A DNA stretch of 60,629 bases from an uncultured bacterium (GTDB lineage: Bacteria; Hydrothermota; Tepidihabitantia; Tepidihabitantales; JBDRVQ01): positions 1 to 60,629 of the forward strand of contig CAYRLZ010000019.1 in the NCBI GenBank assembly GCA_964425275.1, in the 5' to 3' direction. Below are positions 7,106 through 18,249 of this stretch, piece after piece. A model generated the notes under the pieces. That model did not search any database. It had not been told where the DNA came from and was given only the letters and a program-made list of their open reading frames with translations. Position numbers and translations under genes: made by a program. How positions within the stretch are numbered: the first letter of the stretch is position 1; every line of letters begins with the position of its first letter.

Positions 7106-7489
7106 ATGCCGACTAAGGTCGAAGAATTAATAAGCATGATTGAGACACTAACCGTAACCGAACTGCATAGTTTGGTGCAGGCGTTAAAAGAAAAATTCGG
7201 TATCAGTGGACCGGTTTTCGCTCCACAAGCCGCCGGACCGGCGACGACCCAAGCGCCAACCGAGGTAAAAGAGGAAAAGACCGAATTTACCGTCTCACTG
7301 GTCGCTATTGGCGATAAGAAGATTCAAGTTTTGAAAGAACTGCGCGCCCTTACCGGTCTTGGCTTAAAGGAGGCGAAAGACCTCATTGATAATGTGCCGA
7401 GTCTTATCAAGCAAGGAGTAACCAAAGAAGAAGCGGAGAAAATCAAGGCGAAATTAGAGGAGGTCGGGGCCAAGGTAGAGATAAAATGA
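7106..7489 (+). CDS. rplL: 50S ribosomal protein L7/L12
   Basis: 127 aa. Ala/Pro-rich hinge and the conserved C-terminal domain (LKEAKDLIDNVP...KIKAKLEEVGAKVEIK). Confidence 0.97.
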   Translation: MPTKVEELISMIETLTVTELHSLVQALKEKFGISGPVFAPQAAGPATTQAPTEVKEEKTEFTVSLVAIGDKKIQVLKELRALTGLGLKEAKDLIDNVPSLIKQGVTKEEAEKIKAKLEEVGAKVEIK

Positions 7490-7558
7490 TTCTCCGCCAC
7501 CGGCGCCGAATATTTAATCTCAGAGACATCCTTGGCTACTTGCCAAAGGGAAAATAAA

Positions 7559-10500
7559 ATGAAAAAATATTTCTCTAAATTGAAACATTCCTGGGAAATC
7601 CCGGCACTCCTTTCCATCCAGTTAGATTCTTATCGCTCGTTTCTTCAGATTGATACACCGCCGGATAAAAGAAAAGAAGAAGGTTTAGAGGCGCTCTTTC
7701 GTGAGGTCTTTCCCATTGAAGATACCCATCGCCATTTCCTTCTGGAATATGTCGCTTACGATTTTGCTGAACCACAATATTCAATTGAGGAGGCAATCGA
7801 AAAGGGGTTAAATTATTCCATCCCCCTCTATGCCACATTCCGCCTGACGAAAAGGGTGCCAACAAAAGAAGAATATAAGATAAAGAATGTGGTGGAGCAA
7901 AGAATTTTCATAATGGACCTCCCCTATATGACTGAGCAGGGCACATTTATTATTAATGGTATTGAGCGGGTCGTGGTTAGCCAGTTGCATCGAGCCCCTG
8001 GGATTTATTTGCAAAGAGAAGGAGCCGAATCTTCCTTACTTCTGGTACCACTCCGGGGGGCCTGGTTTGAGATGCGCGTTGACTCTAAGGATAACCTAAC
8101 CGTTCTTCTCGACCGGCACCGTCACATCCCAATCTTTACTTTCTTTCGGGCGCTTGGCTACTCCCCAAAAGAGATACTGGAAAGTCTATTTCCCATTGAA
8201 GAGAAGGAGATAAAAGTGGGCGATGTCGTTTGCGAAAAGATTATCGGTGAAGACGGAAAGGTCTATTGTGAGATTGGTGAAGAGATTACCCCAGGAATTT
8301 ACGATTTTCTTATTTCCAAGGGGATCAAAAAGACCAGGTGCATCAAAGAAGGAACCCCTGGTCTTTCGCTCATTATCCAGAGTTTAAAAAATGACCCGAC
8401 GACCTCCAAAGAGGAGGCGGTGAAAAAAATCTTCCAGCGACTGCGTGGGGTTGCTGCCCATTCTGTTGAAGTCGCCGAGACCACCATTATGGGCATCCTC
8501 TTTGACCGGCGGCGATTTGAACTCGGTCTTTGTGGTCGCTACCGATTGAACCGAATCTTTGAAGAAAAAATCCCCCTTTCTGAGGTTGGTCTCTTAAAAG
8601 AGGATATCTTAAAAATGACCAAACGGCTTATCGCCTTTCACCTCCGCAGTCTACCGCCCGATGATGTTGACCACCTGATGGCGCGTCGGGTGCGCGCCGT
8701 GGGCGAACTCTTGGCCAATCACTTCCGGATGGCTCTTATGCAATTAGTCCAGAATATTAGAGAACGCGCCGCCTTAGTTGAGGATAGCCGCTTAACCCCT
8801 AACGAATTAATCAACACCCGAGCGGTCGCGACGATGGTTATGAAGTTTTTCACCCAAAGCCCGCTCTGTCAGTTTATGGAACAGACCAACCCCTTGGCCA
8901 GTCTTATCCACAAACGAAGAATCTCCGCCCTGGGTCCGGGTGGCTTAACCAAAGAGACCGCCGGATTTGAAATAAGGGATGTCCATTACTCTCATTACGG
9001 AAGAATCTGTCCGATTGAGACTCCAGAGGGACCAAACATTGGTTTAATAAACACCATCGCCACCTATGCCAATGTTGACGAATACGGGTTTATCACCACT
9101 CCCTACTGGCGGGTAAAAAACGGCGTGGTCACCAAAGAGGTTGTGTATGTGAGTCCGGATGAAGAAGAGAATTTGACAATCGCCCAACCCGATACCCCAA
9201 TTGATGAAGAGCGACGGATTATTGCCCGCGAGGTTATTGTCCGAAGAAGAGGCGATGTGATAACGGTCCCGCCCGAAGAGGTTACCCATATGGACATCTC
9301 ACCGAAGCAGTTATTCTCTCCCTCTACAATTCTCATACCATTTTTAGAGCACGATGATGCCGACCGGGCCCTGATGGGTGCCAATATGCAGCGTCAAGCC
9401 GTTCCCATCCTCCAGCCGGAAAGACCACTGGTGGCTACGGGCATAGAAAAGAAATGGGCGGAAGAATCAGGCGCCTGCCTTCTGGCCCAAGAGGAGGGCG
9501 AGGTCGTAAAAGTTGACTCTTCCCGTATTATATTACGAACCGCCCAAGGTCTTTTGGAATACCGCCTGCAGAAATTCTTTAAGAGCAATCAATATACCTG
9601 CCACAACCAAAAACCGGTGGTTAAGGAAGGGGTGGTGGTGAAAAAAAACGGACTTTTAGCTGATGGACCAAACACCGATCAAGGAGAACTGGCTCTGGGG
9701 CGAAATGTCTTGGTTGCCTTTTTACCCTGGCGCGGTTATAACTATGAAGACGCCATTCTTATTTCCGAAAATCTCTTAAAGGAAGACGCCTTTACCTCAA
9801 TTCAGATTTTGGAGTTTGAAATCCAGGCCCGAATGACAAAATTAGGACCAGAAGAGATTACTCGTGATATCCCTGGGGCCCGGGAAGAGGAGTTAGCGAA
9901 TCTGGATGCCTTCGGTATTATTCGGATTGGCGCCGAGGTTGCTCCGGGCGATATCTTAGTCGGGCGGATTACCCCCAAAGGGGAGACGGAATTTACGCCG
10001 GAGGAACGGTTGCTGCGCGCCATATTTGGCGAAAAGGCAGAAAATGTTCGCGACACCTCTCTTCGGGTAGAAGCCGGTGTCTATGGAACGGTGATTGATG
10101 TGAAGATAATTACCCGCTGGGATGGAAGTGATTTGGCAAAAGATGTCTTCCGAAGGCGGGAGTCAATGATTACCAAAAAATATGAAGAACGGAAACTCTT
10201 TGCCCAACAGAGAAGAGATGACCGATTGCGAAATCTGCTTCTCGGGGAAAAGGCGAGAAAGACTATTCGGGACAGTAAAGGTCATATTTTAATCAAAGAG
10301 GGTGAGAGGCTTGACGAAGAATTTTTCACCAGCGGCAAAATCGGTAAGGTCAAAGATTTTGAAGGTCTGGTTGACTCGGAAAGGAAATTAGCCGCCATTC
10401 AAGAAATCTTAAAAGACTATGAAAAGGAACGAAATTTATGTGAGACTGAGTATAAAGGGAATATGGAAAAATTGAATCGGGGAGATGAAATTCCCCATGG

Positions 10501-11275
10501 TGTCTTAAAATGGATTCGGGTCTATATCGCCCAGAAACGACGATTGTCGGTTGGTGATAAATTAGCCGGTCGGCACGGCAGTAAAGGGGTGGTCGGTAAG
10601 ATACTACCGGTGGAAGATATGCCGTTTCTTGCTGATGGCACACCAGTGGATATGGTCTTAAATCCCATCGGCATCCCCTCCCGGATGAATATCGGACAGA
10701 TCTTAGAGACCCTTTTGGGTTGGGCGGCCAAAAAACTTGGCTATCAAGCAATCTCACCGCCTTTTGAAGGTCCGAGCGTAGAAGAGATAAAAGATGAACT
10801 GGAAAAAGCCGGATTACCCCGGGATGGTAAAGTGACTCTCTATGACGGAAGGACCGGCCTACCATTTAAGGATAAGGTGGTAGTTGGTTATATCTATATG
10901 ATGAAACTTAATCATATGGTTGATGATAAAATCCATGCCCGGGCGGTTGGTCGTTATTCATTAATTACCCAACAGCCCCTCGGGGGAAAGGCGCAATTCG
11001 GTGGCCAGAGGTTTGGCGAGATGGAGGTCTGGGCATTAGAGGCTTACGGTGCCGCCTATACACTACAAGAGATGTTAACCATAAAATCTGATGATGTGGA
11101 AGGAAGAAGTGAACTATTTGAATCGCTTTTCAAAGGGAAATTGCCTCCCGAACCCCGCATCCCGGCTTCTTTCTCGGTATTAACTAAGGAATTGCGCGGC
11201 TTGTGTCTGGATTTAATCCCGGAAAAGACTGGGAAAAAAGATAAAAAAAATGACCGAATGAAACCACAATCTTAA
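7559..11275 (+). CDS. rpoB: DNA-directed RNA polymerase subunit beta
   Basis: Beta-subunit motifs are present (FMEQTNPL, GRHGSKGV, NPLGIPSRMN-like). I prefer ATG 7559 (MKKYFSKL...) over the TTG at 7532 given by the ORF track. Confidence 0.97.
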   Translation: MKKYFSKLKHSWEIPALLSIQLDSYRSFLQIDTPPDKRKEEGLEALFREVFPIEDTHRHFLLEYVAYDFAEPQYSIEEAIEKGLNYSIPLYATFRLTKRVPTKEEYKIKNVVEQRIFIMDLPYMTEQGTFIINGIERVVVSQLHRAPGIYLQREGAESSLLLVPLRGAWFEMRVDSKDNLTVLLDRHRHIPIFTFFRALGYSPKEILESLFPIEEKEIKVGDVVCEKIIGEDGKVYCEIGEEITPGIYDFLISKGIKKTRCIKEGTPGLSLIIQSLKNDPTTSKEEAVKKIFQRLRGVAAHSVEVAETTIMGILFDRRRFELGLCGRYRLNRIFEEKIPLSEVGLLKEDILKMTKRLIAFHLRSLPPDDVDHLMARRVRAVGELLANHFRMALMQLVQNIRERAALVEDSRLTPNELINTRAVATMVMKFFTQSPLCQFMEQTNPLASLIHKRRISALGPGGLTKETAGFEIRDVHYSHYGRICPIETPEGPNIGLINTIATYANVDEYGFITTPYWRVKNGVVTKEVVYVSPDEEENLTIAQPDTPIDEERRIIAREVIVRRRGDVITVPPEEVTHMDISPKQLFSPSTILIPFLEHDDADRALMGANMQRQAVPILQPERPLVATGIEKKWAEESGACLLAQEEGEVVKVDSSRIILRTAQGLLEYRLQKFFKSNQYTCHNQKPVVKEGVVVKKNGLLADGPNTDQGELALGRNVLVAFLPWRGYNYEDAILISENLLKEDAFTSIQILEFEIQARMTKLGPEEITRDIPGAREEELANLDAFGIIRIGAEVAPGDILVGRITPKGETEFTPEERLLRAIFGEKAENVRDTSLRVEAGVYGTVIDVKIITRWDGSDLAKDVFRRRESMITKKYEERKLFAQQRRDDRLRNLLLGEKARKTIRDSKGHILIKEGERLDEEFFTSGKIGKVKDFEGLVDSERKLAAIQEILKDYEKERNLCETEYKGNMEKLNRGDEIPHGVLKWIRVYIAQKRRLSVGDKLAGRHGSKGVVGKILPVEDMPFLADGTPVDMVLNPIGIPSRMNIGQILETLLGWAAKKLGYQAISPPFEGPSVEEIKDELEKAGLPRDGKVTLYDGRTGLPFKDKVVVGYIYMMKLNHMVDDKIHARAVGRYSLITQQPLGGKAQFGGQRFGEMEVWALEAYGAAYTLQEMLTIKSDDVEGRSELFESLFKGKLPPEPRIPASFSVLTKELRGLCLDLIPEKTGKKDKKNDRMKPQS

Positions 11276-11288
11276 AGGAGATTTAACG

Positions 11289-14200
11289 ATGATGATGGAA
11301 GAGAAATCTAAGGAATTTGAGATATTTAAGGATTTTGATGCATTAAGAATCACTCTGGTCTCACCCGAGATAATCCAAAAGTCAGTCAAAGAAGGAGGCT
11401 GGTCCTGGGGTGAAGTGACCCGAGCCGAGACCATCAATTACCGAACCCAAAAGCCGGAACGAGACGGATTGTTCTGCGAAAAGATTTTTGGTCCGGTGCG
11501 CGACTATGAATGTAACTGTGGCAAATATAAGAAAATAAGATATAAGGGAATCGTCTGTGACCGTTGTGGTGTTGAAGTAACTCTTTCCAAAGTGCGGAGA
11601 GAAAGAATGGGACACATCAAACTCGTGGTTCCCGTCGCCCATATCTTATTCTATCAAGTTCCTCCTTCCAAGATTGGACTGCTTTTGGATTTAACAATCA
11701 ACGAACTGGAAAGTATATTGAATTACGAGACCTATATTATTTTGGATCCGGGTTCTTCACCTTATAATCGGGGAGAACTCTTAAGCGAGGAGGATTATTT
11801 AGCAATCAAAAATAAATACGAGAAGTTTGTCGCCGATACCGGAGCCCCAGCCTTAAAATACCTCCTGGCGAAATTAGACCTGGAGGATTTAGCCGCCGAG
11901 TTGAAGGTGAAGATAAAAAGGGAGACCTCGGAAAGATTTTCCTTGCTCCGGCGCTTAAAGGTTGTTGAGGCATTTCGTGCCTCTGGGGTAAAACCAGAAT
12001 GGATGATCTTAGAGGCGATTCCGGTTATTCCCCCTGATTTAAGACCGCTAGTTCCATTAGAAGGTGGGAGATTTGCTACCTCCGATTTAAATGACCTCTA
12101 TAAAAGGGTAATCGTCCGCAATAATCGCCTGAAGCATCTTCTCAGTATTAAGACACCGGACATCATTTTGAAAAATGAAAAGCGGATGTTACAGGATGCG
12201 GTCGATGCCCTATTTAGCAATGAGACGCGCCCGAAGCCAGCGCGCGGCGTTGGCAACCGCATTCTCAAATCCCTCTGCGAGACCCTGCGCGGCAAACAGG
12301 GCCGCTTCCGCCGCAACCTTTTAGGGAAAAGGGTGGATTATTCCGGGCGGTCGGTTATTGTCGTTGACCCAACACTCCGATTACACCAGTGCGCCCTACC
12401 TAAGGAAATTGCCTATGAACTATTCAAACCGTTTATTATGCAAAAGTTTGAAGAGAAGAAATTGACCGAAGGGGAGACCGCGGCAAAACTACTCCACAAG
12501 AAGTGCCCACCCGAGGTCTGGGAGATATTAGAGGAGATTACCAAAAGTCATCCGGTTCTCTTAAATCGCGCCCCGACTTTGCATCGCCTTTCCATTGAGG
12601 CCTTCTTTCCGGTTCTGGTGGAACACCGCGCGATTGGTATTCACCCTTGTGTCTGCCCACCCTTTAATGCCGACTTTGATGGTGATACGATGGCCGTCCA
12701 CCTACCACTAATACCCGAGGCAATATTAGAATCAATCTCATTAATCCTCGCCCCATTCAATATCCTTTCCCCGGCTCACGGCAAACCACTTATGGTTCCA
12801 ACCCAAGACATTGTGGCCGGTATCTACTATCTAACAAAAGTTAACCCATCGGCGAAAAAAATTAATCGGGTTTATGACGATTTCCGTGAGATTCATTCCG
12901 CTTATCAATTGAGAGAAATGAGTCTCCACGATATGATAAAATTTCGGTATAAAGGCACTACCTATGAGACAACCGTTGGTCGGGTTATTTTTAATGAGAT
13001 ATTGCCTGATTCGTTAAGATTTGCTAACGATGAATTCACTAAGGAGAAACTGGTAGCCCTTCTTGACTACTGCCATCGCAAATTGGGCAGTAACCAGACC
13101 GCAAACCTTTTGGATGCGATAAAAGACCTCGGTTTTGAAATTGCCACCATGGCTGGTTTATCAATCGGCTTAGATGACATTGTTGTTCCCAAGGAGAAAC
13201 CGAAGATCCTAAAAGAGAGCGAAGATGAATTACGAAGGCATTACACCAATTATCAGCGCGGGTTGATTTCAGAAAGCGAAAAATATAATTTTGTTGTCAC
13301 CACTTGGACGCAAGCCGCGGCCAAGGTTGAAGAGGCCCTAATGAAGGCCTTGGAGAAAGACCAGGATGGTTTTAATCCCCTATTTTTACTTCTCGACTCC
13401 GGGGCCCGGGGTTCTAAGAGTCAAGCCGTCCAGATTGGTGGGATGCGTGGTCTAATGTCTAAGCCCCAGCGGCGGATGGTGAGCGAAGAAATTATTGAGA
13501 CACCGATTAAAAGTTCCTTCAAGGAGGGACTTTCGGTCTGGGAATATTTCATATCGACCCACGGCGCCCGCAAGGGACTGACTGATACCGCCCTGAAGAC
13601 CGCGGAGGCGGGTTATCTTACCCGAAGATTGGTTGATGTTGCTCAGGATGTCGTCATCACAATGGACGACTGTGGCACGATCTTAGGTCAGGAGGTCTCC
13701 GCCTTACGAGAGGGTGGAGATATTATTGAACCTCTCGCTGAACGGATTGTTGGTAGAATTCCGGTAGAAGATATTATAAATCCAATTACCGGGGAAGTAA
13801 TTGTCAAGGCCGATGAAGAGATTACCGAAGAATTAGCCGAGGAGATAGAAAATTCCGGCATTGAAAAGGTAAAGGTCCGTTCCGTCTTAACCTGTGAGGC
13901 ACCCAACGGATTATGTGTGAAATGCTATGGCCGAAATCCGGCTACGGGCAAATTGGTTGAGGTGGGTGAGGCGGTTGGCATTATTGCCGCCCAATCAATC
14001 GGTGAGCCAGGCACGCAACTTACCCTAAAGACCTTCCATCTGGGAGGTGCGACCACCGGTATCTCCGAAGAGAATAAGGCGTTGGCAAAATTTGACGGTG
14101 AGGTCCATCTGGAAAATCTACCGGTCGCCCGCCGTTCCGATAATGAAATGGTCGCTATGGCCCAAGGTCGCCTTCTCATCTCTTCCGACCATCGGGTCAT

Positions 14201-15335
14201 TCCTTACAATGTTCCAGAGGGGGCAATCTTAAAAGTGACCGATAAGGAAAAAGTGAAAGAGGGAGATATTCTCTTTGAATGGGAACCATATTCTGTGCTG
14301 ATTATTGCCAAACGGTCGGGTAGAGTAAGATATGTTGACATTGAACCCGACATCACCTTACGCGAGGATGTTGACGAAAGAACCGACCGGCGGGTAAAGA
14401 TTATCACCGAAGACCGGGAGAAGAAAAGGCACCCCCAAATTGAAATCGTCGGCGACCACAATAATATCTTAGAGCGACTTCACCTCCCGAGCGGTGCCTA
14501 TCTGATTGTGGAAGATGGACAAAGAGTCTTAGCTGGTGATACCATCGCCCGTTTTTTAAAGGAAGTGGCTAAGATTAAAGATATAACCGGTGGTCTGCCA
14601 AAGGTGGCGGAACTCTTTGAGGCAAAAAGAGTTAAAGACCCGGCGGTCATCTCCGAGATTGATGGAACGGTGGAGGTAGAAGAGCCTCATCTGGGTATGA
14701 GGACGATAAAGGTAATCTCGGATGAAGGTAGCGAAAAGGTCTATCGTATCCCTTATGGTAAATACCTCTTGGTCCGTCGGGGCGATAAAGTGAAGGCGGG
14801 TGATAAACTCTGCGAGGGTGAGGTTGACCCTCATGATGTCCTGAAAGTTAAGGGCTGGCTCGTCGTTCAAGAATTTCTTACCAACCAGATATTAGCCGTC
14901 TATCGCATTCAAAATGTGAAGATTGATGATAAGCACATCTCAATAATTGTTCGGCAGATGCTGCGGAAGGTGAAGATTGAAGACCCGGGCGATTCTAATT
15001 TCCTGGAGGGTGAGATTGTTGAACGGAAAAGGGTCTTGGATGAAAACCGACAATTAATCAAAGAGGCGCGAAGACCGATAAGCCATCGACCAATCCTTCT
15101 GGGTATTACCCGGGCCGCTCTCTTAACCGAGAGTTTCCTTTCCGCGGCTTCCTTCCAGGAGACAACCCGGATTCTTTCGGATGCGGCAATTAGCCAGCGG
15201 GTTGATTATCTCCACGGCTTAAAGGAAAATGTGATTGTTGGGCGGTTGATTCCCGCCGGCACTGGATTCCGTGAATTCCTAACAAAAGAAGCCAAGGAAA
15301 GAGAAGAAGATGAGAGAAAACGAGAGGCAGGTTAA
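11289..15335 (+). CDS. rpoC: DNA-directed RNA polymerase subunit beta'
   Basis: 1348 aa. Zinc-binding CNCGKYK...CDRCGVEV and the catalytic NADFDGD motif. SD AAGGAG upstream. Confidence 0.98.
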   Translation: MMMEEKSKEFEIFKDFDALRITLVSPEIIQKSVKEGGWSWGEVTRAETINYRTQKPERDGLFCEKIFGPVRDYECNCGKYKKIRYKGIVCDRCGVEVTLSKVRRERMGHIKLVVPVAHILFYQVPPSKIGLLLDLTINELESILNYETYIILDPGSSPYNRGELLSEEDYLAIKNKYEKFVADTGAPALKYLLAKLDLEDLAAELKVKIKRETSERFSLLRRLKVVEAFRASGVKPEWMILEAIPVIPPDLRPLVPLEGGRFATSDLNDLYKRVIVRNNRLKHLLSIKTPDIILKNEKRMLQDAVDALFSNETRPKPARGVGNRILKSLCETLRGKQGRFRRNLLGKRVDYSGRSVIVVDPTLRLHQCALPKEIAYELFKPFIMQKFEEKKLTEGETAAKLLHKKCPPEVWEILEEITKSHPVLLNRAPTLHRLSIEAFFPVLVEHRAIGIHPCVCPPFNADFDGDTMAVHLPLIPEAILESISLILAPFNILSPAHGKPLMVPTQDIVAGIYYLTKVNPSAKKINRVYDDFREIHSAYQLREMSLHDMIKFRYKGTTYETTVGRVIFNEILPDSLRFANDEFTKEKLVALLDYCHRKLGSNQTANLLDAIKDLGFEIATMAGLSIGLDDIVVPKEKPKILKESEDELRRHYTNYQRGLISESEKYNFVVTTWTQAAAKVEEALMKALEKDQDGFNPLFLLLDSGARGSKSQAVQIGGMRGLMSKPQRRMVSEEIIETPIKSSFKEGLSVWEYFISTHGARKGLTDTALKTAEAGYLTRRLVDVAQDVVITMDDCGTILGQEVSALREGGDIIEPLAERIVGRIPVEDIINPITGEVIVKADEEITEELAEEIENSGIEKVKVRSVLTCEAPNGLCVKCYGRNPATGKLVEVGEAVGIIAAQSIGEPGTQLTLKTFHLGGATTGISEENKALAKFDGEVHLENLPVARRSDNEMVAMAQGRLLISSDHRVIPYNVPEGAILKVTDKEKVKEGDILFEWEPYSVLIIAKRSGRVRYVDIEPDITLREDVDERTDRRVKIITEDREKKRHPQIEIVGDHNNILERLHLPSGAYLIVEDGQRVLAGDTIARFLKEVAKIKDITGGLPKVAELFEAKRVKDPAVISEIDGTVEVEEPHLGMRTIKVISDEGSEKVYRIPYGKYLLVRRGDKVKAGDKLCEGEVDPHDVLKVKGWLVVQEFLTNQILAVYRIQNVKIDDKHISIIVRQMLRKVKIEDPGDSNFLEGEIVERKRVLDENRQLIKEARRPISHRPILLGITRAALLTESFLSAASFQETTRILSDAAISQRVDYLHGLKENVIVGRLIPAGTGFREFLTKEAKEREEDERKREAG

Positions 15336-15338
15336 TTT

Positions 15339-15719
15339 ATGCCAACCTTAAATCAATTAGTAAGAAAGAGAAGAGAGAAGGTAAAAAAACGTTCTAAGAC
15401 ACCGGCTCTATCCTCCTGTCCGCAGCGCCGGGGGGTTTGCACCCGGGTCTATACCACTACTCCCAAAAAACCGAATTCGGCACTCCGCAAGGTCTGCAAA
15501 GTTAGATTGACAAGTGGCTATGAGGTAATTGCCTATATCCCAGGAGAAGGACACAATCTTCAGGAACACTCAATCGTTCTATGCCGGGGAGGAAGAGTGA
15601 AAGACCTCCCTGGTGTCCGTTATCATGTGGTAAGAGGTATTTACGATTGTGCCGGTGTGGAAGGAAGAAGAAGGGGTCGCTCGCTCTATGGTGCCAAGAG
15701 ACCAAAAGAGACAAAATGA
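15339..15719 (+). CDS. rpsL: 30S ribosomal protein S12
   Basis: 126 aa with PTLNQL..., [10 protein letters not shown]. Confidence 0.97.
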   Translation: MPTLNQLVRKRREKVKKRSKTPALSSCPQRRGVCTRVYTTTPKKPNSALRKVCKVRLTSGYEVIAYIPGEGHNLQEHSIVLCRGGRVKDLPGVRYHVVRGIYDCAGVEGRRRGRSLYGAKRPKETK

Positions 15720-15767
15720 AGAGAGGAGCGAGAAATCAATGTTTAATTAACCAGAAGGAGCGATAAT

Positions 15768-16238
15768 ATGTCAAGGAGAAAAAGAGCAGCGGTGAGGAGT
15801 ATCCCCCCGGATCCAATTTATAACTCAACATTAGTGGCTAAATTTATTAATAACCTGATGTGGGAAGGAAAACGAACCGTGGCCCAGAAGATTTTCTACT
15901 CAGCACTGAAGTTAATTGAAAAGAAGACAAAAGAAGATGGTTTTGCCGTCTTTCAGAAGGCGATTAACAATGTGAAGCCGTTATTAGAGGTTAGACCGCG
16001 CCGGGTAGGTGGTGCTACCTACCAGATTCCCGTAGAGGTTCCGGCACGACGGAAGGAGTCTTTAGCGATAAAATGGCTAATCCAGGCGGCGCGGTCGCGT
16101 AGTGAACATCGGATGATAGAAAAATTATGTAATGAACTGATTGATGCGGCAAAAGGTCAAGGGATAGCGGTTAAAAAACGGGAGGATACCCATAAGATGG
16201 CTGAGGCAAACCGTGCCTTTGCCCACTTCCGTTGGTAA
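15768..16238 (+). CDS. rpsG: 30S ribosomal protein S7
   Basis: 156 aa S7-family sequence ending in ...ANRAFAHFRW. Confidence 0.97.
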   Translation: MSRRKRAAVRSIPPDPIYNSTLVAKFINNLMWEGKRTVAQKIFYSALKLIEKKTKEDGFAVFQKAINNVKPLLEVRPRRVGGATYQIPVEVPARRKESLAIKWLIQAARSRSEHRMIEKLCNELIDAAKGQGIAVKKREDTHKMAEANRAFAHFRW

Positions 16239-16350
16239 TTTAATATCTAATTGACTGAGGCTTTTTAACCCTCTCAGGAGAGAAAAGTAGAAAAAAATCT
16301 TTTTTATCTTTTCCTTTGGTTTAGCGGATAGTGAGGGCGGTGCTTATACC

Positions 16351-16667
16351 CTGGATATATCTCTATAACCTTCGCTACGATGAGGCATAGAGCCAATAAT
16401 AAGATTCCCAATAGGGCTCTTTATAGAAAAGAGAATAGCATCCCGAATAGCACTCTGAATAGGGCGGAGAATAGAACCCCCAATAGGATAGGGAATAGAA
16501 CTCTCAATAGAAAAGAGAATAGGATTACCGATAGGCAAGAGAATAGAATACCGAATAGGATAGAGATTAGAGCCGAGAATAGGTAGAATAATAGGGCATT
16601 TAATACCATACCTAATAGCACCCCCTGTAGCACTCCCCCCTTAAAAAAGAAAAATCCCCTTCCGTGC
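16351..16667. repeat. AATAG-core 12-nt phased repeat array, copy 1 (21 units at 16381-16632, plus conserved flanks)
   Basis: Cutting 16381-16632 by hand into 12-mers puts (A/T)ATAG at positions 6-10 of nearly every unit with no phase slip. Both flanks are shared with 47647-47956. Confidence 0.9.
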
Positions 16668-16698
16668 GAATTAGTAAATACGCTTTACGGTTTACGCT

Positions 16699-16761
16699 CT
16701 TAATAAAATTAGCCTTTTTCTCATATCTAAATATAGAGTAAAAATCCGCTCAAAGTGTTTC
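16699..16761. repeat. 63-nt conserved block, copy 1
   Basis: CTTAATAAAATTAGCCTTTTTCTCATATCTAAATATAGAGTAAAAATCCGCTCAAAGTGTTTC is identical to 48064-48126 in my hand comparison. Confidence 0.9.
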
Positions 16762-16842
16762 TCTAAATTTAAGAATTTATCTCACTCAACTCCCTGGGCT
16801 AAATTTTGCTTTTTCGGGAAAATGCTCAGAAAGGCTTGTCGG

Positions 16843-18153
16843 TTATTTCTGAGCGAAGTTAATCTTTAATGGCTTTAAAAACTGGTAGTATTGATAACCA
16901 ATATCCCGGATAACTTTTGTCTCACTCTCCCGACTAAGGTCAGGGAATTGACGAGAGACTCTTTTCAAATGTCTCTTGGCCAGTCGGTAAAAGGGGTTCA
17001 GTTCTAAGGCAATCTCTAAGAATAATTTACCAGCCGCCAATTCACCCCGAACCAGGTGACAGACTGCCTTATTGGCATAAACCCGAAAGATTTCCGGATA
17101 GGTAATTCTATTCTCCAAAAGGTAAGCAAAAAACCGGTTTATTTTCTTTAAGGCACGGTCAAAATCTCTTTCGTTCAGAGATTCAACTACCTGATGATAT
17201 TTTTCATACATCGTGGGAATCGGGTTTCCGGAGACGCTCATCTTTATATCAGGCAAGAGCCCTTTTTCACTTGCCTCCCGTGCCTTCTCGGAGGGGGATT
17301 TACCACCTAATCTCTTTTGCGGGCAGAGATTGTAAAATTGAATAAGGCTTTCGGTTATCTCCACCCAGGCGTCATTATAATCCTTTCGTTTTAGGGGTAT
17401 TAAACTGAGTAACAGATGCAATGAAGTAGAGAGTTCACCAACCAATTCGTTATCAATCCATTCTTTAATCGTTGCGCTATCAACAAATTTATTAAGACCA
17501 AATTTTGTTAGGACATTTTGTAGGTTCTCTTCGGCATCTTTTAGGGTAGAGAATTTCTTGGGAGGAATTGTCTCTCTTTCCTCTCGGAAAAAATAATCCC
17601 ATATCACCTTGGGATTCCAATCTTCTTTGGACCGACGGTAGGTTCTTTCCAGTGATTGGCTCATTTTGATTGGCAATAATGGCGGGTTAGCACTAACCAA
17701 TTCGTAATGCCCGCCGACTTTGGCCACCCGACCCGGGAATACCTGTTCCGCGGAAACCGAAAAGGTAAGGAGGCATTCTTTAACCCAATAGACCCGGCCC
17801 GTTTGGAGGTTTTCCAGTAAGAGCCCTTCGCCCAATCTCACTTCTTTAACTTTATAGAAACCATAGCAGTTATCTTGGAGGTCTTTATAAACCTGAAGTC
17901 GGGTAGCGTCTAAATTATCCGGATTGGTTAAATAAAAGTCCCCAAGGGGGGTCCGCCCATTGCTCAACTTAAAGTCATAGACAAACCATTCGTTAAATAA
18001 TCCGGTCTCTTCTGCCAAATCAATTTTGCTTTCATCAATTTTTGATTGAGGGGCTAAATCAAAAAACTCGCTTAAGGCGCGCTTGATATCCTTTTGAAAC
18101 TGGGGCTGAGAAAAATAATAATCCAAAAGTCTCCTTATGGTTCCTCGTTCCAT
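16843..18153 (-). CDS. hypothetical cytoplasmic protein with a TPR-like C-terminus
   Basis: 436-aa ORF with no signal peptide. The C-terminal segment (AVCHLVRGELAAGKLFLEIALELNPFYRLAKRHLKRV) looks TPR-like. I do not recognise a family. Confidence 0.6.
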   Translation of the reverse strand: MERGTIRRLLDYYFSQPQFQKDIKRALSEFFDLAPQSKIDESKIDLAEETGLFNEWFVYDFKLSNGRTPLGDFYLTNPDNLDATRLQVYKDLQDNCYGFYKVKEVRLGEGLLLENLQTGRVYWVKECLLTFSVSAEQVFPGRVAKVGGHYELVSANPPLLPIKMSQSLERTYRRSKEDWNPKVIWDYFFREERETIPPKKFSTLKDAEENLQNVLTKFGLNKFVDSATIKEWIDNELVGELSTSLHLLLSLIPLKRKDYNDAWVEITESLIQFYNLCPQKRLGGKSPSEKAREASEKGLLPDIKMSVSGNPIPTMYEKYHQVVESLNERDFDRALKKINRFFAYLLENRITYPEIFRVYANKAVCHLVRGELAAGKLFLEIALELNPFYRLAKRHLKRVSRQFPDLSRESETKVIRDIGYQYYQFLKPLKINFAQK

Positions 18154-18214
18154 AATTTAAGTTTAGCCAATTTTCCCCAAAAATCAATAGTTTGTTTATT
18201 CTTTTGCGTGGCTG

Positions 18215-18242
18215 TTGACTTATTGTCGGATAAGTTTATAAT
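18215..18242 (+). promoter_or_regulatory. sigma-70-type promoter, near-leaderless geometry
   Basis: TTGACT (18215-18220), 16-nt spacer, TATAAT (18237-18242). The ATG at 18250 lies 7 nt after the -10 element. Confidence 0.55.
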
Positions 18243-18249
18243 AAAAGAG

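Noticed and set aside
10350-10865. The 171-aa antisense ORF inside rpoB, and the similar antisense or off-frame ORFs inside rpoB, rpoC and tuf listed in the track.
   Set aside because: They are embedded in highly conserved, confidently called genes. They show no motifs and have compositions typical of antisense frames.
16381-16632. Interpreting the arrays as CRISPR.
   Set aside because: The units are only 12 nt with a 5-nt core. There is no repeat/spacer architecture of CRISPR dimensions and there are no cas genes in the window.
16344-16633. Three overlapping ORFs across array 1: 16380-16586 on the + strand (xxNR repeats), 16421-16633 on the - strand (xxLF repeats) and 16344-16538 on the - strand (xIxx repeats).
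   Set aside because: They are open because of the repeat itself. None has a Shine-Dalgarno sequence, and two depend on GTG/TTG starts. The conserved bases include would-be synonymous sites that never vary, while other positions diverge by about 35 percent between copies. They are kept as an alternative hypothesis inside the array findings, not as CDS calls.
18094-18249. The extended start of the lipoprotein ORF at 18094.
   Set aside because: It overlaps the divergent gene's start and includes the TTGACT/TATAAT promoter. ATG 18250 gives a proper lipoprotein signal peptide.
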